Assembly (NCBI GenBank): GCA_038078615.1 | Contig: JBBTWT010000003.1 | Coordinates: 2,563 to 66,562 of the forward strand | Direction of reading: 5' to 3' | DNA: 64,000 nucleotides | From: Patescibacteria group bacterium | Lineage (GTDB): Bacteria; Patescibacteriota; Minisyncoccia; Moranbacterales; UBA1568 | Part shown: one piece after another, positions 63,458-64,000 of the stretch | How the letters are laid out: each line of letters starts with the position of its first letter | Numbering within the stretch: position 1 is the first letter of the stretch | Translations under genes and position numbers: made by a program | Notes under the pieces: model-generated | Told to the model about the DNA's origin: nothing | Database searches by the model: none | What the model saw: only the letters and a program-made list of their open reading frames with translations

Positions 63458-64000
63458 ATGAAAACTCTTGTTACCGGCGGAGCCGGGTTTATCGGCTCGC
63501 ACGCCGTCGTCGAGCTCGCCCAAGCCGGGCATACGCCGGTTATTCTCGACAATTTCTGCAACTCCCAAGAATCCGTTCTCGATGGCATCGAAAAAATACT
63601 CGGCTATCGCCCCAAGACGTATGTCGGCGACTGTGCCGATCCGTCGTTTCTCGAATCGGTTTTTTCCCGGGAATCCGTCGATGGCATCATCCACTTCACG
63701 GCGCTCAAATCCGTCGGCGAATCGCTAGAAAAACCTCTCTTGTATTACAGAAACAACATCGATTCCCTGTTGGCGATTCTTGATGCGGCTCTGCGGCACA
63801 ATATCAAAGCCCTCGTTTTCTCATCGTCTGCGGTCGTCTACGGTGAGCCGGATATGCTGCCCATCCCGGAAACCGCTCCGCGCAAACAAGCCACCTCGCC
63901 CTACGGCAATACCAAGCAGATATGCGAAGATATTCTCCGCGATGTGACACAGTCGGTTCATGGATCGCTCAGGTCTCTTTCGCTCCGTTATTTCAATCCT
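63458..64000 (+). CDS. galE: UDP-glucose 4-epimerase, N-terminal part (3' end is beyond the window)
   Basis: MKTLVTGGAGFIGSH, FSSSAVVYG, SPYGNTKQICEDIL (YxxxK). Confidence 0.9.
   Translation, partial: MKTLVTGGAGFIGSHAVVELAQAGHTPVILDNFCNSQESVLDGIEKILGYRPKTYVGDCADPSFLESVFSRESVDGIIHFTALKSVGESLEKPLLYYRNNIDSLLAILDAALRHNIKALVFSSSAVVYGEPDMLPIPETAPRKQATSPYGNTKQICEDILRDVTQSVHGSLRSLSLRYFNP

Overview
Bacterial chromosomal window with about 50 supportable protein genes and 2 tRNAs, tightly packed on both strands. Many long ORFs in the six-frame track are antisense shadows of real genes. Positions 1-23 kb are housekeeping: tyrA, tRNA-Thr, prfB (classical CUU UGA C +1 frameshift, so UGA is a stop here), ftsEX, an HD-domain (p)ppGpp-hydrolase-like gene, tRNA-Gln, a PQQ-type sugar dehydrogenase, an ABC exporter, a PD-(D/E)XK nuclease, a GGDEF cyclase, an M23 peptidase, gltX, a TagA/WecG transferase, thpR, priA, def-fmt, a rhodanese protein, groES behind a CIRCE operator, and an S41 protease. 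Positions ~23-60.7 kb form a very large envelope-glycan locus. It holds six GT4 and three GT2 transferases, an LCP ligase, an O-antigen-ligase-like protein, a Wzx flippase, a UPF0104 flippase-like protein, two nucleotide-sugar dehydrogenases, four or five GT-C (ArnT/PMT-like) membrane transferases and a 1316-aa secreted beta-helix/LCAT-like lipase protein. The locus is interrupted by AT-richer islets carrying a divergent poly(A)-polymerase/CCA-family nucleotidyltransferase, rtcB, a Tmk-like kinase and a frameshifted plant-type ilvC. The right end carries ahcY, an adenosine kinase and galE. Gene content resembles a reduced Patescibacteria/CPR-type genome, but that is inference only. The most unusual signal is a dispersed family of heptanucleotide-phased tracts (CCAATnACC/GGTnATTGG and relatives) plus small hairpins. 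These lie in intercistronic spacers and also in frame inside gltX, a TagA-like gene, a GT4 gene and the Tmk-like gene. One copy frames a truncated four-helix-bundle ORF. Other candidates are a YYY leader-peptide attenuator before tyrA, two exact-repeat palindrome families, a ~180-nt foldback between thpR and priA, and a priA with degenerate ATPase motifs.
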